From assembly GCA_001724265.1 (NCBI GenBank), contig MEDY01000091.1, positions 1 through 64,000 of the forward strand: a DNA stretch of 64,000 nucleotides, read 5' to 3'. The notes below the pieces were generated by a model. It was not told the DNA's origin. It made no database searches and saw only the letters and a list, made by a program, of their open reading frames with translations. Position numbers and translations under genes: made by a program. Within the stretch, counting starts at the first letter, position 1; each line of letters starts with the position of its first letter. Origin of the DNA: Rhizaria sp. SCN 62-66. Taxonomy: Eukaryota. This document shows positions 12,268 to 24,573 of the stretch, one piece after another.

Positions 12268-14931
12268 CGCAGGACGGGGTGCGCAGCGATGAAGCGGCTG
12301 AACGCTGGGCGCTGTGTTTGTCTGTCTGAGCTAGCGCCTGTCTGTGTTGAAGCAGAGATGATCACTGGGCTGCGCAAATGGATTTCAGATCACAGTCTGA
12401 CTAAAACGGCACAAAAACCGTGTATCTAGACGAAATCGTACAAATGGTATCCAATGATCCTTGCTGCAGCTTCAAAAAAAAGTTGCGTGACTCTAATGAG
12501 ACGTTGGAAAAGAGAAAGCTTGGTGTGGCGAGATGGAACAAGAGACAAGTAGAACAGAAGGTATTGTGAGGTTGGAGTTAGGAATAGCACAATGTGGCTA
12601 AATTATATTAGAATTAGCTGTTATGTACGTATGGGTACTATGCATAAATTGACCTGGTCGGAGTCTTCAATGTGAATGAGCCATAAAAACTCGCCGAGTA
12701 ACGGTCTCAGCCAGATGTTGACCAGTCGGCTGGCTGCGGTCACTCGCTGTCGGAAACAAGACGCACTGCCTCTCGACATACAAGAACGGGATAAATCATT
12801 GAGACAGTCAGAAGAAGTGCGAAATATATGCTATCGTGAGTGATAATATTTATGTAGTAATGTATTCTATAAAGGTTGAGAAGGGATTTGTGCATAACTA
12901 GAGGATGAAACGCTTTGTGAGTTGCGAGCTTGAATAAAAGTAAGGAGACTGGGTGAAACATACATGTACACGGGAACAAATCAAAATGAAAATTTACACA
13001 ACGCTAGTAACGACGAATAACATCGCCACCAACAGTCCGTAACGCAGGCGCGATAGTGAGTCGCCGTGGGGTACGTAAGCCAGTTGGTCGAGGGTGATTG
13101 TGTGTTCAGAAGCATCATAGCAAGGCGAATCAGGAGGAGGCATAGCGACTTTGCGAACGAGAGTGGTTGAAGATGAGCTGGTATGATAAACAGAAGGTCA
13201 TCACGAGCAGCGCACACAGAGAAGCACATACGCACACACACACCCGAATCAAGCGGTAGCAGAGTTTGGAGCGAGACAACGGCAGAAACACGGATGACGA
13301 GTACGTTGCTTTGCTATTCACGGGGGAGGAGGGATTGTGATAAAACACTGTTGCGGTGACAGTTACCGATTAGAGTGAGTGGGATTAGAGTGAGTGGGCA
13401 CATGGTTGAAATGAGTCAGTTATGGCGAGATAAACAGATCGGCAAAGACGAAGAGCTGAGAGAAAAGGCAAAGCACGCAAGTGCGGTTGCGAGGAAGAAG
13501 TATGAAGCGCAGCGGAAAGACAAAAACAGATTAGACAAACGGAACACCGAACAGTGCGAGTGCGAGAGTTAGAGAAGTAGAGACAACAACAAAGGAATGA
13601 AAGCAAGGAAAGAAAAAAATGATACGATTCTGGAGCTAAACTAAAAAAAGATAAAACGAATACGATTTGAAACTTGATTTAAAACTTGCAAATAATACTT
13701 CTAGTAAGCTTATTGCAAAAATAACATAACATACACAATACGATAATAAAGCAAACTTGGTGCTGTGCTTGCTAGTCGCATTAGCGCATTAAGTACACTA
13801 AGCACGGACAGACGGATCGGGGGCACGAAGCGAATACGAATAACTCATGACACTACATTGATACCATACGAATATGAATACATAGGCTATTGCTAACATA
13901 GCATACACTAACTGGCTAACTAGCTAACGGACTAACTAAAACGTATCCTAAATGACTATGACTGACTATGATTATGAATAAAATACGAACGAAACCCACG
14001 ACGGTGGTGACAGACTTGCGAAGTACTCGAACACGCATGCAAAACATCGTGGTAGCGTTGGTGTTTCGTCTCTCCGTATCATACAGCCGAAGTGGGAACA
14101 CGAGGGTGAAGGGAAAGCAAGATAGATAGACAGAAAAACAGACATGACAGATGACAGATATGCAGACAAAAGCAGAACCAACAAATGCAGCAGCAACAAA
14201 TGCAGCAACAACAGCAGGGCAGCATGAACAGCAACAGCATAGACGACGTCACAGCAGGGCTCCTTGTAGCAGTTGAGACCAACTGTAACGCGGCAAAGCA
14301 AGAGCAGTGTCAGAGGTCGGGATGGCGACGGGATCGGACCAGTATCAGACTGCGACTGTGCGCATGTGCGGTTTCGAATGAGACGTCGATGGCGTTTGTT
14401 GCTTGTTGTGAGCACACGTCTTGAGAGTACAAGTGGCAATACTTAGACTTCAAGCGCCAGAAAGATCTTTGTGGACGAAGTGGTGCTCATAATGCACACA
14501 CGTCATGAGCACGAAGGACTACAAAGCTTGTGCAGGTGTGGAGAACCTCTGATACGGATATTGAACGGATTTTTGAGATATTATTGCTGAAGCGAATGTG
14601 TACAACGTCTGTTGTGAGTCATCCTTGTTAAGAATAGTTGATGTGAAGTACTGTGCCGTAGCATGAGTCCGAGAATCTACTTCATGATAGTGCAAGCTTT
14701 TGGCTTTTACAGACACAGACATACCCATAATTCTGAGTACCGCGCCAAACACCATCTAAGTTGCCCCTGACTCTCACACGGCGACAATGCAACAGGAAAA
14801 ACCACCACCAACACAAGAAAATACTCTGAATGCAAAAGCAAGCAACCAACACAATTGACAACACCAATAGTATCACACTGAGTGTGAAACTAAGTCACAA
14901 ACAGTCATCTGACAACCGTTACAAACCACCT

Positions 14932-14980
14932 AACAACAACAATAACAACAACAACAACAACAACAACAACAACGACAACA
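14932..14980. repeat. Imperfect (AAC)n microsatellite downstream of the kinase gene
   Basis: aacaacaacaataacaac... run in non-coding sequence. Confidence 0.85.
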
Positions 14981-15156
14981 GCAAAAGCACACCCTCAATA
15001 GCACACAAAATAGCACTTGTTGTACTTCTGATGTAAAACCAAAGCATGCAGACGTCAAGACAACTTAGACAATCTAAGTCTCTCGCACATGCACACTCTG
15101 GCTCATCTCAGTCACACAACAAAGCACGTCACAAACCAAAAGCCCAGCGCGCGCGC

Positions 15157-17854
15157 TTACCGGATGATGATGTTGACCTGGTTCGCGGCCATCACGCTGC
15201 CGCGCGGGCCGCTTTTGCCGCCGCCGCCGCCGCCGCCGCTGGCCGCGCTGCGGCCCTGGCCCTGGGCCTGGCCCCCCTGCGTGCCGCTGCCGCCGCTGTT
15301 GCTGCGGTTGTTGCTCGCGGAGGCCGTCAGTGGGGCCGGCTGCAGGTCGCCGCCGGCGCCGCCCGTGGCCGCGGCGGAGATGGCGGCCGCGAGCCCCTTG
15401 GAGGCCTGCTCCGCCACCGCCTGCGCCTGAGCAGCCTGCGCCGCCGAGTAGCCCGTGTTGAGCTCGAAGCCCTGGGGAAGAGGGAAGAATCGCGAAGACA
15501 AACAAGAAGATGAATAAATATGAGTAGGTGAGAATACACGATATAAAAGAAAGCTCTAGACATCGATATAGCAAAGATGAAGACATGATGCAAATGATAT
15601 TGACGAATAGTGGTCCTGTGCATACCTGGAAGAGGGCCTGCTCCTGCCTGGTAAGGCTCTTGGGCACGACGCCGTCCTTGCGCGCCTTCTCGGGCAGCTG
15701 CTGCTTAAAGGTCTGCACGATGGCCGACACGTTGGTCTGCGGCACGAACGGCGGCCGGCTGCGCCCGTCGGCCAGCGCGTCCCAGTCGATGCCGGCGAAG
15801 TACGGGTGCGCCTTAATCTGCGCGAAGCCGTTGTGCAGCGAGTTCCACTGGCCGCTCTCATCGCGGCCGCGGAAGACCTGCCGCGGGGACCGCATGCCGG
15901 AGTTGCCAGGCGTGCCGGGCTGCTGCTGCGTCGGCGTGCGCCCACCGCGCTGCCGCGGCGAGTGCCGCACGCGCTTATCCTTGTTATTGCCGTCAGCCGC
16001 GCCGCCGCCCGCGGTCGTAGCCAAGGTGCCCTGCCGCATCGCCAGCACGGACTTGCGCGGGCCGCCGCCGCCGTTGCCGGCGCCGAAGCCATTGTTGTTG
16101 TCGCGCGACTCAGAGCCGCCCGAGGCCTCGGCGCCGTCGTCGCTGTTGTCGCGCCCGCCGCGGCCGCCGCCGCGGCCGTTGGCGGCGCGGGACCCGCCGC
16201 GGAGGTTGCTCATCTCGGAGCAGGCCTCGGCGTTGGACGGGTCCTCGGGCGAGTTGAGCGCGCCAATGCGCGGCGACGCGCCCTGCGACATGCCGAAGTC
16301 GCGGCGCGAGCCGGAGCCGCCGCCGCCGCGCGGCGTCGAGGGGTGCATCGAACCGGGCGCGGAGCACGCGTTGTAGTGGTTGGCGGGCCGCAGCAGCCGG
16401 TTGCGCGTGCCCAGGCGGTACTGCGGGTCGATGTCCATGAGCTGCTGGATGAGGTCGACCAGCTCCGGCGCGAGCGAGACGACGTACTCGCCAGGCTGCG
16501 GAGTGCCGACGCCCGCGGCGACTGCGAGCTGGATGGACTGCGCGATCGCCAGGTGCGAGGCCGAACCTGTGCCCGCGAGCGAGGCCGACGGGGAGGGCGA
16601 CTGCTGCGTCGTCACCGCCGTTGAGTGCGAGATCGGACTCCCGCGCGCGCCAGAGCCGCCCGCGCCGGTGCCGTTGACCGTGCCGCGGCGCGCAGAGGGG
16701 CCCACGTTGTTGCCGCCGCCGTGGTTACTGGAGGAGCTGGAGCTGGTGTAGTTGTTAGGCGAACCGACGATGGCGTAGGCGGCGGGCGGCAGCACGTCGT
16801 AGAAGCCGCCGCCGGTGCGCACGAAGTGGGCAGCGAGGCGCTGCGCCGACGCGGCGGCCTGCGCGGGAGGCAGCCCCAGCGCGAGGGCATGGGAGATGTA
16901 CTGCTGCGCGAGGTCCAGCGGCGTGTAAGCCGCGCGCGACAGCGAGGGGTCGTCGGGCGGGCGCAGCACGCGGTGCACGGGCAGGATCGGGATCTGGTGG
17001 GTGAAGCTCGTCTTGCTCTTGTTGAACGGCCGCGTGTCGGTGGCGATGCGGAAGAGCGTCACGCCAAGCGCAAAAAAGTCGATGGGGTACGAGTGTCCGG
17101 TGTTGCGGATGATCTCGGGCGCCTGGAAGCCCTTGGTGCCGACCTGGCCGCGGATGTCCGAGATGCCGTCGCCGTTGCTGGGCACCGAGGCGCAGAGCCC
17201 GAAGTCGGAGAGGCATATGTGGCCGTCGGGCCGCATGAGCACGTTGTGCGGCTTCAGGTCGCGGAAGACAATGTTCTGCGAGTGCAGCGCCTCAAGCGCG
17301 AGCACGATTTCGGCGGCGTAGAAGCGAATCGCGCTGTCGGGCATGCAGCCCGAGTGGCGTTGGATCATGTTCAGGTCGCCGGGGCCGAAGAGCGGCATGA
17401 CGAAGTAGAGGTACTTGTTGTCTTGGAAGCAGTGGAGCAGCGGGACCAGGAACGGCGAGTCGAGCAGCGGCCAGACCTGGCGCTCGACCCACACCGTGGA
17501 CGACATGCGCACCTTGGTCTGCACCTTGACCTCGCCACGGGGCGTCGTCGTGGTGACCTCCTTGAAGCGCAGCACGCGGAGCTTGTCGACGCGCTTGATG
17601 GCCACCAGCTCGCGCATGCCGTTGTTGCGCTGCGCGACGAAGACCTCGGCGAAGCCGCCCATGCCGATCTGGCGGATCATGGTGAAGTGCGAGATGTCGA
17701 TCTGCGGTGACGAGGGACCTGCCGAAGGGTCGTGGTGGTGCTGGTTGCCGCCGGACGAGTTGGCGCCGGACTGGCGGCCGCCCATGGCGCCCTTGTTGGA
17801 GCCGGAGCCGGAGCCGGTGTCGCCGTTGACGGCGACGGAGCTCGTGCAACCCAT
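15157..17854 (-). CDS. AGC-group Ser/Thr kinase (GRK-like activation segment), predicted N-myristoylated/palmitoylated, ~847 aa; exons 17854-15626 and 15471-15157
   Basis: MGCTSS N-terminus; IGMGGFAEV, VAIK, FRDLKPHN, DFG, GTKGFQAPE, DFFALG, DPQYRLG, IKAHPYFAGIDW..L, PPFVP; hydrophobic motif FQ|GFEL is formed across the splice junction. Stop is TAA. Confidence 0.93.
15472..15625 (-). other. Spliceosomal intron, 154 nt (kinase gene)
   Basis: CAG|GTATGC ... CTTCCCCAG|GG; AT-rich; phase 0. Confidence 0.9.
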
Positions 17855-19290
17855 GGTGACAAGAAAAACACCGGGCGACGCGGGCTGCGAGGGGCGCGGG
17901 TGTGGGGAGTGTTAGAGGGGAGGAGTGGGAACTCTGACAGTACGTCAAGCTCCTCTGTGGTATGCGTCGTTGACACACCTCTTGTTGTTGGGGCTAAGAG
18001 GAAGAAGGGAAACGAAAACGGGCGAGAGCCGGGCCGCTGGCGTAGGCAGTTGGGCGGTCACGCAAAAATTGAGCAAGAGCGAGCTCTGTTTTGTGTGTGT
18101 GTAAAGCAACGAAACAAGTGGCTGTGGGGTTTGAGGAAAAAGAAAAGCGGTGCGAGACGAAGGCCTTCTAACACCGGTTATGCAAAAGACGGAGCTACGG
18201 CTCTAAGGGGTAGTGGGATTAAGACGGGAAACAGCGGGTTGCAGCACGGTTTGGGGCGACAAAAAAGAACGAGCAAAGGGTGAGAGGGGCGCAAGCGAGA
18301 GGAGAGACAGGGGGAATGCACAGATTGTGAGAAGCAGGTGAAGCCACTGCCGCCGCAGCATACAAGCGCGATTACACGATATATCGGTCATATGTCAGTT
18401 CGCTCAAAGTCGTCGTGAAGACTATGACCTCGCGTGGGACTGCGACAGGACGCAGATAGAAAAGGGCGGTTAGGTGGCCACCCAGGATATGGCTGAACAG
18501 AGTAAGCCCTGGAGCGCGGTAGCATCAGGCGTGGTCATCACAAATGCAACAGGCATACATATCGCACCAACGTCAGTGAAAAAGCATACACAAGCCTATT
18601 CGTGTCAGCTATGCCCTGCAAACCGCGGCTTAAATCTTGCCTCGTGATCGACCTCCAGCAATCCCCCTCTCTCTGCTCCAAAAGGGGCAGGCAAAGGGGG
18701 GGGAGCGCTTCTCTCCGCAAGTTCCACGCTTGCTGATCAAGTCCTCGCCGTATTTCCGCCTGTTACATAGCAGATTATACATTGATGTGTATATCTCACA
18801 CTTTTTGTTTGCGGAAGTAACGTACCTGGTCTGCAAATGACCAAAACTCGTCAAACCACATTTTTCGGTCCGCCTGCAAGTAATCCTTTTAGTCGGCCGC
18901 AGGCATCAAAAGAGTGAATCTCACTCCCGCTCGGCTTCGTCTCTGGGCTGCTTCGAGAGGCAAATCACCCCTTCGCTAGACGTCGGACTTTCATGGAATA
19001 GTGCCGGAGTTTGTGTATGGGATAAAACAGATGCAGATAATGTCGATGATAAAACCTTTACATCTACCGGCGCTTGCTGTCATTCGCTGCACATGCTTTC
19101 ATGACCGATCGAGCCACAGCTGTGACTCAGCCCTCTCGTCTTCCTAAAACCTCCTCAAGGTGACGCACATCAACTCAAAGATAAGATTTCTTTGGTATAG
19201 TATGACGTACTAGCGCGTATCTCTTCCTATATCTTACAGACATTGTAACTCCCGCCTGTCCTCGTTTGTTTTCTCTTGTTTTGTGACAGA

Positions 19291-22200
19291 ATGACGCGTC
19301 CGCAGCGCAGCGCCTCGCCCCTGTCGAGGCCTCATCTGCGGCCGCACGCCCCGGGCTCCCATCTCTCCATCTTGGCGCCCGGCGTTGCCCACACACAGAG
19401 CAGTTTGTCTGCGACCCGTTTTAAATATTTTGCGTTTCTTCTTCTGTCCCTCGTGTGCGTTATCCTCTCCGTCGGCGTCGCACCAGCTGCCGCGCACGAT
19501 ATGGGCGAGGTCAGCAAGAAGGGCTTTCTGTTCCACGACGACGACACGCCTTTCAGTCTCCCCATGGACATCTACGTCTCCCTCATTGGCATGAACAACA
19601 ACGGCGCCCGCCGCGTGACGGCCGACGCTGGCTCGATCGCGCAGTCGCTGTTCAACTCGCTCCCCGCAGGCCGCCCTTCTTGTCTGCAGAACGGCAAGCC
19701 GCTGCACGCGCAGTACTTGATGAACTACCATGTGTTTCACTCGCGCCTCGACGCCGTGGACGCCGTGGAGCGCCTCATTGCCGAGCACATGGTCATCGCC
19801 GTCGACGACAACGGCCGCACGGTGACCGCGCCCGTCTTCATCCCCGCCAAGACCCCCGAGGGCTACGCCGACGCGATGTACCTGGACGACGACGAGGACG
19901 AGCAGGAGGCCACGACGGCCAAAGGCCACGGCGCCAAGCCCAGCAAGCGGCCCGGGCAGCACGTGTCCGTGCCTGTGTTCGACGTCGAGCTGACGGAGAT
20001 CGAGTCTGCGCTGGACGGGATAGTCATCCAGTCGCTCGAGACGGAGATGATCTCGCTGGGCATCGACGTCACCACGCACCGCCCGTTCCACGAGTCGGGC
20101 GTCATCATTCTCAACCCCGAGAAGGAGCGCATGCGCAAGCACATGCGCCCGGAGCAGCGCGCGCACCTGACCAACGCGCTCGACGGGAACCGACAGACGT
20201 TGCCGTTCGTGTACCGCTACCGCTACAACGGCGGCGCGCCGACCAAGCAGTGGGTCGGCTACGGCCGCCACGTCTTCATGGACCTCACCGCGCTGCCCGG
20301 CACCTACGGCGCGTCGTCCTCGGGCGAGGGCACGGTCTCCAAGGAGACGATCCCGGCACTCGAGACGGCGCTCGACCACAAGGTCGCGTCTACACTGACC
20401 TCGCCCGACGAGCTCATGGAGCTCTACGACGAGGCCGAGAACCGCGTCGGCGGCCCTGCTATTCTGCCGTCGACGCGCTTCCTCTCGCGCCTCGTGTCGG
20501 TCACCATCAATGCCGTGCGCAAGGTCTTCGTCGCCGACACGCGCTTCTCCAAGATCGAGTACGCCGAGCGCATCATCGTGCCGATCATCGTGCTGCGCAA
20601 CCACGAACAGTTCGCGTCCTTCAGCACCGACGCGCCGCTGGCGGGCGAGAAGGCTGGGCAGTTCGAGGACGCCAAGATCGACCTCAACACGCTCCGCTTC
20701 GAGCTCAACCAGATGCTGTTGCCGTCGCAGGAGCTCGTGCTGACGACCATGACGCACTCGATTCATGAGCACCAGCACGTGTCGTCGTCGGTCTTCGACG
20801 CGCTGATGGAGGACACGGTGCACACGCCCGCGGCGGCCGGCGCCAACGCGGTCAGCCAGGGCTACGTGGCCAAGACGGTGCACTACCTGGACTCGGAGGT
20901 GCTCATCAGCCAGCTCGTCTCGTCCTCGTCGAGCGACGCGCTGCTGACGGCGATGGCGACGCAGCAGCGCGAGGCGCGCACCAAGGCCGAGGCCGACGCG
21001 CGCGCCTACCGCGCGGCGCACTCGCGGCACGACCTGCCGCCCGGCTCCAACCCCGACGAGCTCAACGACACCATGAGCGACGAGGAGAAGGAGGCCATCA
21101 TGAACGCCGAGCACGACGCCGACGCCGCGGCGATCGACCGCACACTCTCCGAGGCGCGCAAAGGTGTCCGCAACTCGGCCAGCTCGTCCTCGGTCCAGGC
21201 GCGCTCTAACAAGGGCTCCGGCGCCGGCACGGTCAAGGACCGGCGCAAGGCATGGGAGAAGCAGGCGGACGAGACGCTCAAGTCGTGGCGCCAGCGCGCG
21301 TACGCCGACGAGCTGCGCAACACTGGCGGCGCCGTCCACGGCGTCAAGCGTCCATCGCGCCAGCGCATCCTGCCCGTGTTTGTGTACTCGCTGCTGGGGC
21401 TGCCCGAGGGTGTGCTTCTGGATCGCACGCACGTCGCCACCCCCAGCGCGCGCGGCTCGCTCGTGGTCGCGCTGCAGACGCTCGCGTCGGAAATCCCGCT
21501 ACCGTACTTTAGCGATGACGGCGTCGTGACGGTGTCGCCGCGCAACCCCACGCGCGGGATCCTCGCTGCGCTGGTGTCGGCGCTGGGCGGGATCGTCCCG
21601 CCCTACGTCGAGTACATCCCGCAAAAGCGCAAGCTGTCGTTCGACTACACCTGGGCCATCGGCCAGCACGCCTTCGGGCCCTTCTCCACCACGACGTCGA
21701 TGTCGCAGACGTTCCAAGACGCCGTGCTGCGCAACAGCGTGCTCACGCGCCTCTCCGGCACGGTCAAGCTCGTCAAGTCGGCCGTGCACGAGCTGGCGCG
21801 CTTCCACCGCCACTTCATCGCGGACCCGTTGTCGCAGGAGTTCCTGCGCCAGAAGGTCACGGACCTGGCGCTTTTCGGCAGCAACAGCGAGATCTCCGAG
21901 GCCGACACGCTGGCCGTGACACCCGACTTGGGCGACGCCGCGCGCGACGCGTCGCTGGGCGCAGACGCCTGGTTCGCGTCGCTCAAGCAGTATCGCCACT
22001 ACGCGCGCGCGGCCTCGCAGTCGCTCGCGGCGTCGGTCTCGCTCTCGCCCTTCGCCGAGGCCGTGCTCGTGTCGCTGGTGAGCGACCTGGAGAAGCTCGA
22101 CGTCGCGCTGCTGGCCGTCATTCCGCTGCTCGCGGCCTACAAGTGGGACGTTGCCAGCGAGCAGTCGGCCGTCCTGGTCGCGTCCGCGCTGTCGTTCAAG

Positions 22201-24048
22201 AACAAGGTGCGCGACGAGATTGCCTCTGCGCGCTACGAGCTGTCGTGCTGCCGCAAGGTTTACTCGGTCTACGGTAACGAGCCCTCGCTGCACACGCTGG
22301 CCGAGATGGCGCACCTGTCCGAAATCACGACCAGCGCCGCCAAGACGCTCAACAGCGCCGCCGCGGGCGCCGCGGCCGGGCTGGGCCAGCTCAAGGAGGC
22401 CGCGGCCGAGACGGCCTCGCAGTCGTACCTCCACGCGTCGGCCAGCATCAAGTCGCGCGGCGGCCTGACGTCCTTGCTCATGGTCGCGCTGCCCTATGTC
22501 GCGGTGCTCGTGCTCCTCGTCCTCGTCGTCTTCGTCGCCAAGCTTGTCCTCGGCCGCAACAAGGCCAAGGCCGCCAAGGCTGGCGCTGTCGGCAGCGCCA
22601 GCGGCAGCACCCGCAGTCGCGGGTACGGCGCCGGCATGCACACCGGTGGCGAAGGCGGCGACCAGCCCGAGAACAGCATGGGCGGCATGGGCGGCATGGG
22701 CGGCGGCAACGGCGGCGGTTACGGCGGCTTCAGCGGCGACGGCGTCGGCACAGGCCCCAGTCCCAGCCCCAGCCCCACCAACGGCGGCTCCTTTGCCTCC
22801 GCCGTCTCCACCCGCAGCCACGCTGGCAGCCACGGCAGCGCCAGCCACGGCGGCGCCGGCGGCTTCGGCGGCAGCGACTCCGCGTTCCCCCAGTTCCCCG
22901 ACAGCTCCAACACCTTCGGCAGCGGCGCCGGCAGCGCGGCGTCCGGCGGCAGCGTCGGCGGCGCGGGCGCGGGCGCGGGCACGGAGGACGAGAGCGCCGC
23001 CCTGCTGCGGAACCCCGCGCTCGCGCTCGCCACCCCGCCCTCGGCTTCGGCCTACGGCAGCCCCGCCGGCGCCGGCGCGCCAGTGGTGGGCGTTAGCACC
23101 CGCAACTTCCCCTCGCTCTCGGTCACATCGCGCCCGTCCCCGGCCCTCTCCGTCTCCTCGCTGCCCCCCGGCGGCCCCGGCGCCCCCGGCCTCAGCGCCC
23201 CCGGCGTGGGGGCCCCGCAGCCGCCGCTGAGCACCATGAACGCGACGTACCTCCCGGCCGCGTCGGGCTTTGGCAGCCTTAGCGCCAGCAGCAGTGCTGG
23301 CAGCCCCGGCTTCCCCGCCGCGCCCGCCAACTCGTTCGCGTCCTTCACCGCGAGCTCCGGCGCCGTGAACACCGTCGCCGCCCCCACCGCCGCCCCCGCG
23401 GCTGCACCGGCTGCTGCTGCTGCGGGCGCGGTGCCGCTGTACCAGTCGCCGTACCTGCAGCGGCCCGTGGTGACGCCCCACACGAGCGCCGCGAGTGCCG
23501 CGAGCGCCGCCGGAACCCCTGGCGCCCACAGTCACTCGCTCGCGCCCGCAGCGCCGGCGCCTGCGGCGCTGGCTCAGCCGCGGTTCGCGGCGCCCCCCGC
23601 GTTCCCCGCCATGCCCGCGCCCTTCGCGGCCGGCTCGCCCTATAGCGCCAGCGGCGTGAGCGGCGCCAGCTCCCACTTCAGCGCCGGCAGCTTCGGCAGC
23701 AGCGGCAGCAGCGGCCTCAGCGGCGGTGCGGGTGCGAGTCCCAGCGCCGCCCCCGCCGGGCCCGGGCTGGGCTCGTTTGCGCCGGCGCCGGCCCCCGCGT
23801 TCCCTGTCCCCGGCGCCTTCCCGGGCGCCTTCCCGGGATCCAGCACAGGCGGCTTCGCTGCCGGCCTGAGCAGCCCGCCGCGCCCCGCCGCGCTCGGCGC
23901 GATGCCCGGGCTGCCGTCTTTCGCGCCGCTGCCGCCCATGCCCGCGTTCCCGTCCGCGCCCGGCGCGGCGCCTGCGCTGGCCGGCTTCAGCCCCAGCTTC
24001 GGTGCGGGCGCTGCAGGCGCGGCTCCCGGCGTCAAGAAGAACGATTGA
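19291..24048 (+). CDS. Type I ER/secretory membrane protein resembling the plant KNS3/At5g58100 family, ~1585 aa, intronless
   Basis: Hydrophobic signal segment (~19426-19494); blocks YRYRYNGG..WVG.GR..DL.A.P.TYG, IVPIIVLRNH, ILPVFVYSL, H.FGPFS.T..SQ..QD..LRN and LSCC; one TM helix (~22474-22554); Pro/Ala/Gly-rich tail ending KKND-TGA. Confidence 0.75.
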   Translation: MTRPQRSASPLSRPHLRPHAPGSHLSILAPGVAHTQSSLSATRFKYFAFLLLSLVCVILSVGVAPAAAHDMGEVSKKGFLFHDDDTPFSLPMDIYVSLIGMNNNGARRVTADAGSIAQSLFNSLPAGRPSCLQNGKPLHAQYLMNYHVFHSRLDAVDAVERLIAEHMVIAVDDNGRTVTAPVFIPAKTPEGYADAMYLDDDEDEQEATTAKGHGAKPSKRPGQHVSVPVFDVELTEIESALDGIVIQSLETEMISLGIDVTTHRPFHESGVIILNPEKERMRKHMRPEQRAHLTNALDGNRQTLPFVYRYRYNGGAPTKQWVGYGRHVFMDLTALPGTYGASSSGEGTVSKETIPALETALDHKVASTLTSPDELMELYDEAENRVGGPAILPSTRFLSRLVSVTINAVRKVFVADTRFSKIEYAERIIVPIIVLRNHEQFASFSTDAPLAGEKAGQFEDAKIDLNTLRFELNQMLLPSQELVLTTMTHSIHEHQHVSSSVFDALMEDTVHTPAAAGANAVSQGYVAKTVHYLDSEVLISQLVSSSSSDALLTAMATQQREARTKAEADARAYRAAHSRHDLPPGSNPDELNDTMSDEEKEAIMNAEHDADAAAIDRTLSEARKGVRNSASSSSVQARSNKGSGAGTVKDRRKAWEKQADETLKSWRQRAYADELRNTGGAVHGVKRPSRQRILPVFVYSLLGLPEGVLLDRTHVATPSARGSLVVALQTLASEIPLPYFSDDGVVTVSPRNPTRGILAALVSALGGIVPPYVEYIPQKRKLSFDYTWAIGQHAFGPFSTTTSMSQTFQDAVLRNSVLTRLSGTVKLVKSAVHELARFHRHFIADPLSQEFLRQKVTDLALFGSNSEISEADTLAVTPDLGDAARDASLGADAWFASLKQYRHYARAASQSLAASVSLSPFAEAVLVSLVSDLEKLDVALLAVIPLLAAYKWDVASEQSAVLVASALSFKNKVRDEIASARYELSCCRKVYSVYGNEPSLHTLAEMAHLSEITTSAAKTLNSAAAGAAAGLGQLKEAAAETASQSYLHASASIKSRGGLTSLLMVALPYVAVLVLLVLVVFVAKLVLGRNKAKAAKAGAVGSASGSTRSRGYGAGMHTGGEGGDQPENSMGGMGGMGGGNGGGYGGFSGDGVGTGPSPSPSPTNGGSFASAVSTRSHAGSHGSASHGGAGGFGGSDSAFPQFPDSSNTFGSGAGSAASGGSVGGAGAGAGTEDESAALLRNPALALATPPSASAYGSPAGAGAPVVGVSTRNFPSLSVTSRPSPALSVSSLPPGGPGAPGLSAPGVGAPQPPLSTMNATYLPAASGFGSLSASSSAGSPGFPAAPANSFASFTASSGAVNTVAAPTAAPAAAPAAAAAGAVPLYQSPYLQRPVVTPHTSAASAASAAGTPGAHSHSLAPAAPAPAALAQPRFAAPPAFPAMPAPFAAGSPYSASGVSGASSHFSAGSFGSSGSSGLSGGAGASPSAAPAGPGLGSFAPAPAPAFPVPGAFPGAFPGSSTGGFAAGLSSPPRPAALGAMPGLPSFAPLPPMPAFPSAPGAAPALAGFSPSFGAGAAGAAPGVKKND

Positions 24049-24573
24049 GTGAAAGGAATGGGCGAAGAGAAACCCGGTGACAACGACGCGGAATGTGTAA
24101 ATATGTAAGCTTATATCTAATTGTATGCGTTTAGTTGGAGTAAAGGCCAGGGCCTCTGTCTCTCTGCAACATTTCAAGTGCGACATGGTTGCACTTAATC
24201 TCCTCTTTGCAAGAGATATGTTACGATAGTTAATATAATACGAATAATACAACTTTAAAAATCATTATACATCTGCTTTCTATCATATACTTTGGAATCA
24301 TATCTATAGGCAGTTGTATGAAGGCGACATCGCAGCATGTATCTACGTAAACTGTGCTTATGCTGCAGCTTGGTGGTGGCTTGCGGGGGGTTGGTTGGAA
24401 AGGGTCGAGCTGTGCTGCTTTGAGCAGACATTCAAGAGCTTCAATGAAACCGTCTCTTTGTACATCTTGATGGCTGTCGTAACTACGTTGCAGTATTGAC
24501 TCTAATATTAAAACTGTATCTCACCTAACCGTATTCCTCCCCTCCAATTTCCCTCGTGCAGGTGACCACCCTG

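Noticed and set aside
12421-15036. Short 60-155 aa ORFs in the long spacer, including the poly-Q ORF 14185-14424
   Set aside because: AT-rich, lacking the GC3 bias of real genes, and derived from microsatellites.
15074-15625. Unspliced C-terminus of the 926-aa kinase ORF
   Set aside because: It reads through an AT-rich intron into the wrong frame. Splicing gives the AGC hydrophobic motif instead.
19234-24252. Long antisense ORFs (732 and 917 aa) over the KNS3-like gene
   Set aside because: Shadow ORFs produced by high GC3. They have Arg/Gly-rich composition and no motifs, and the + strand has a clear product.
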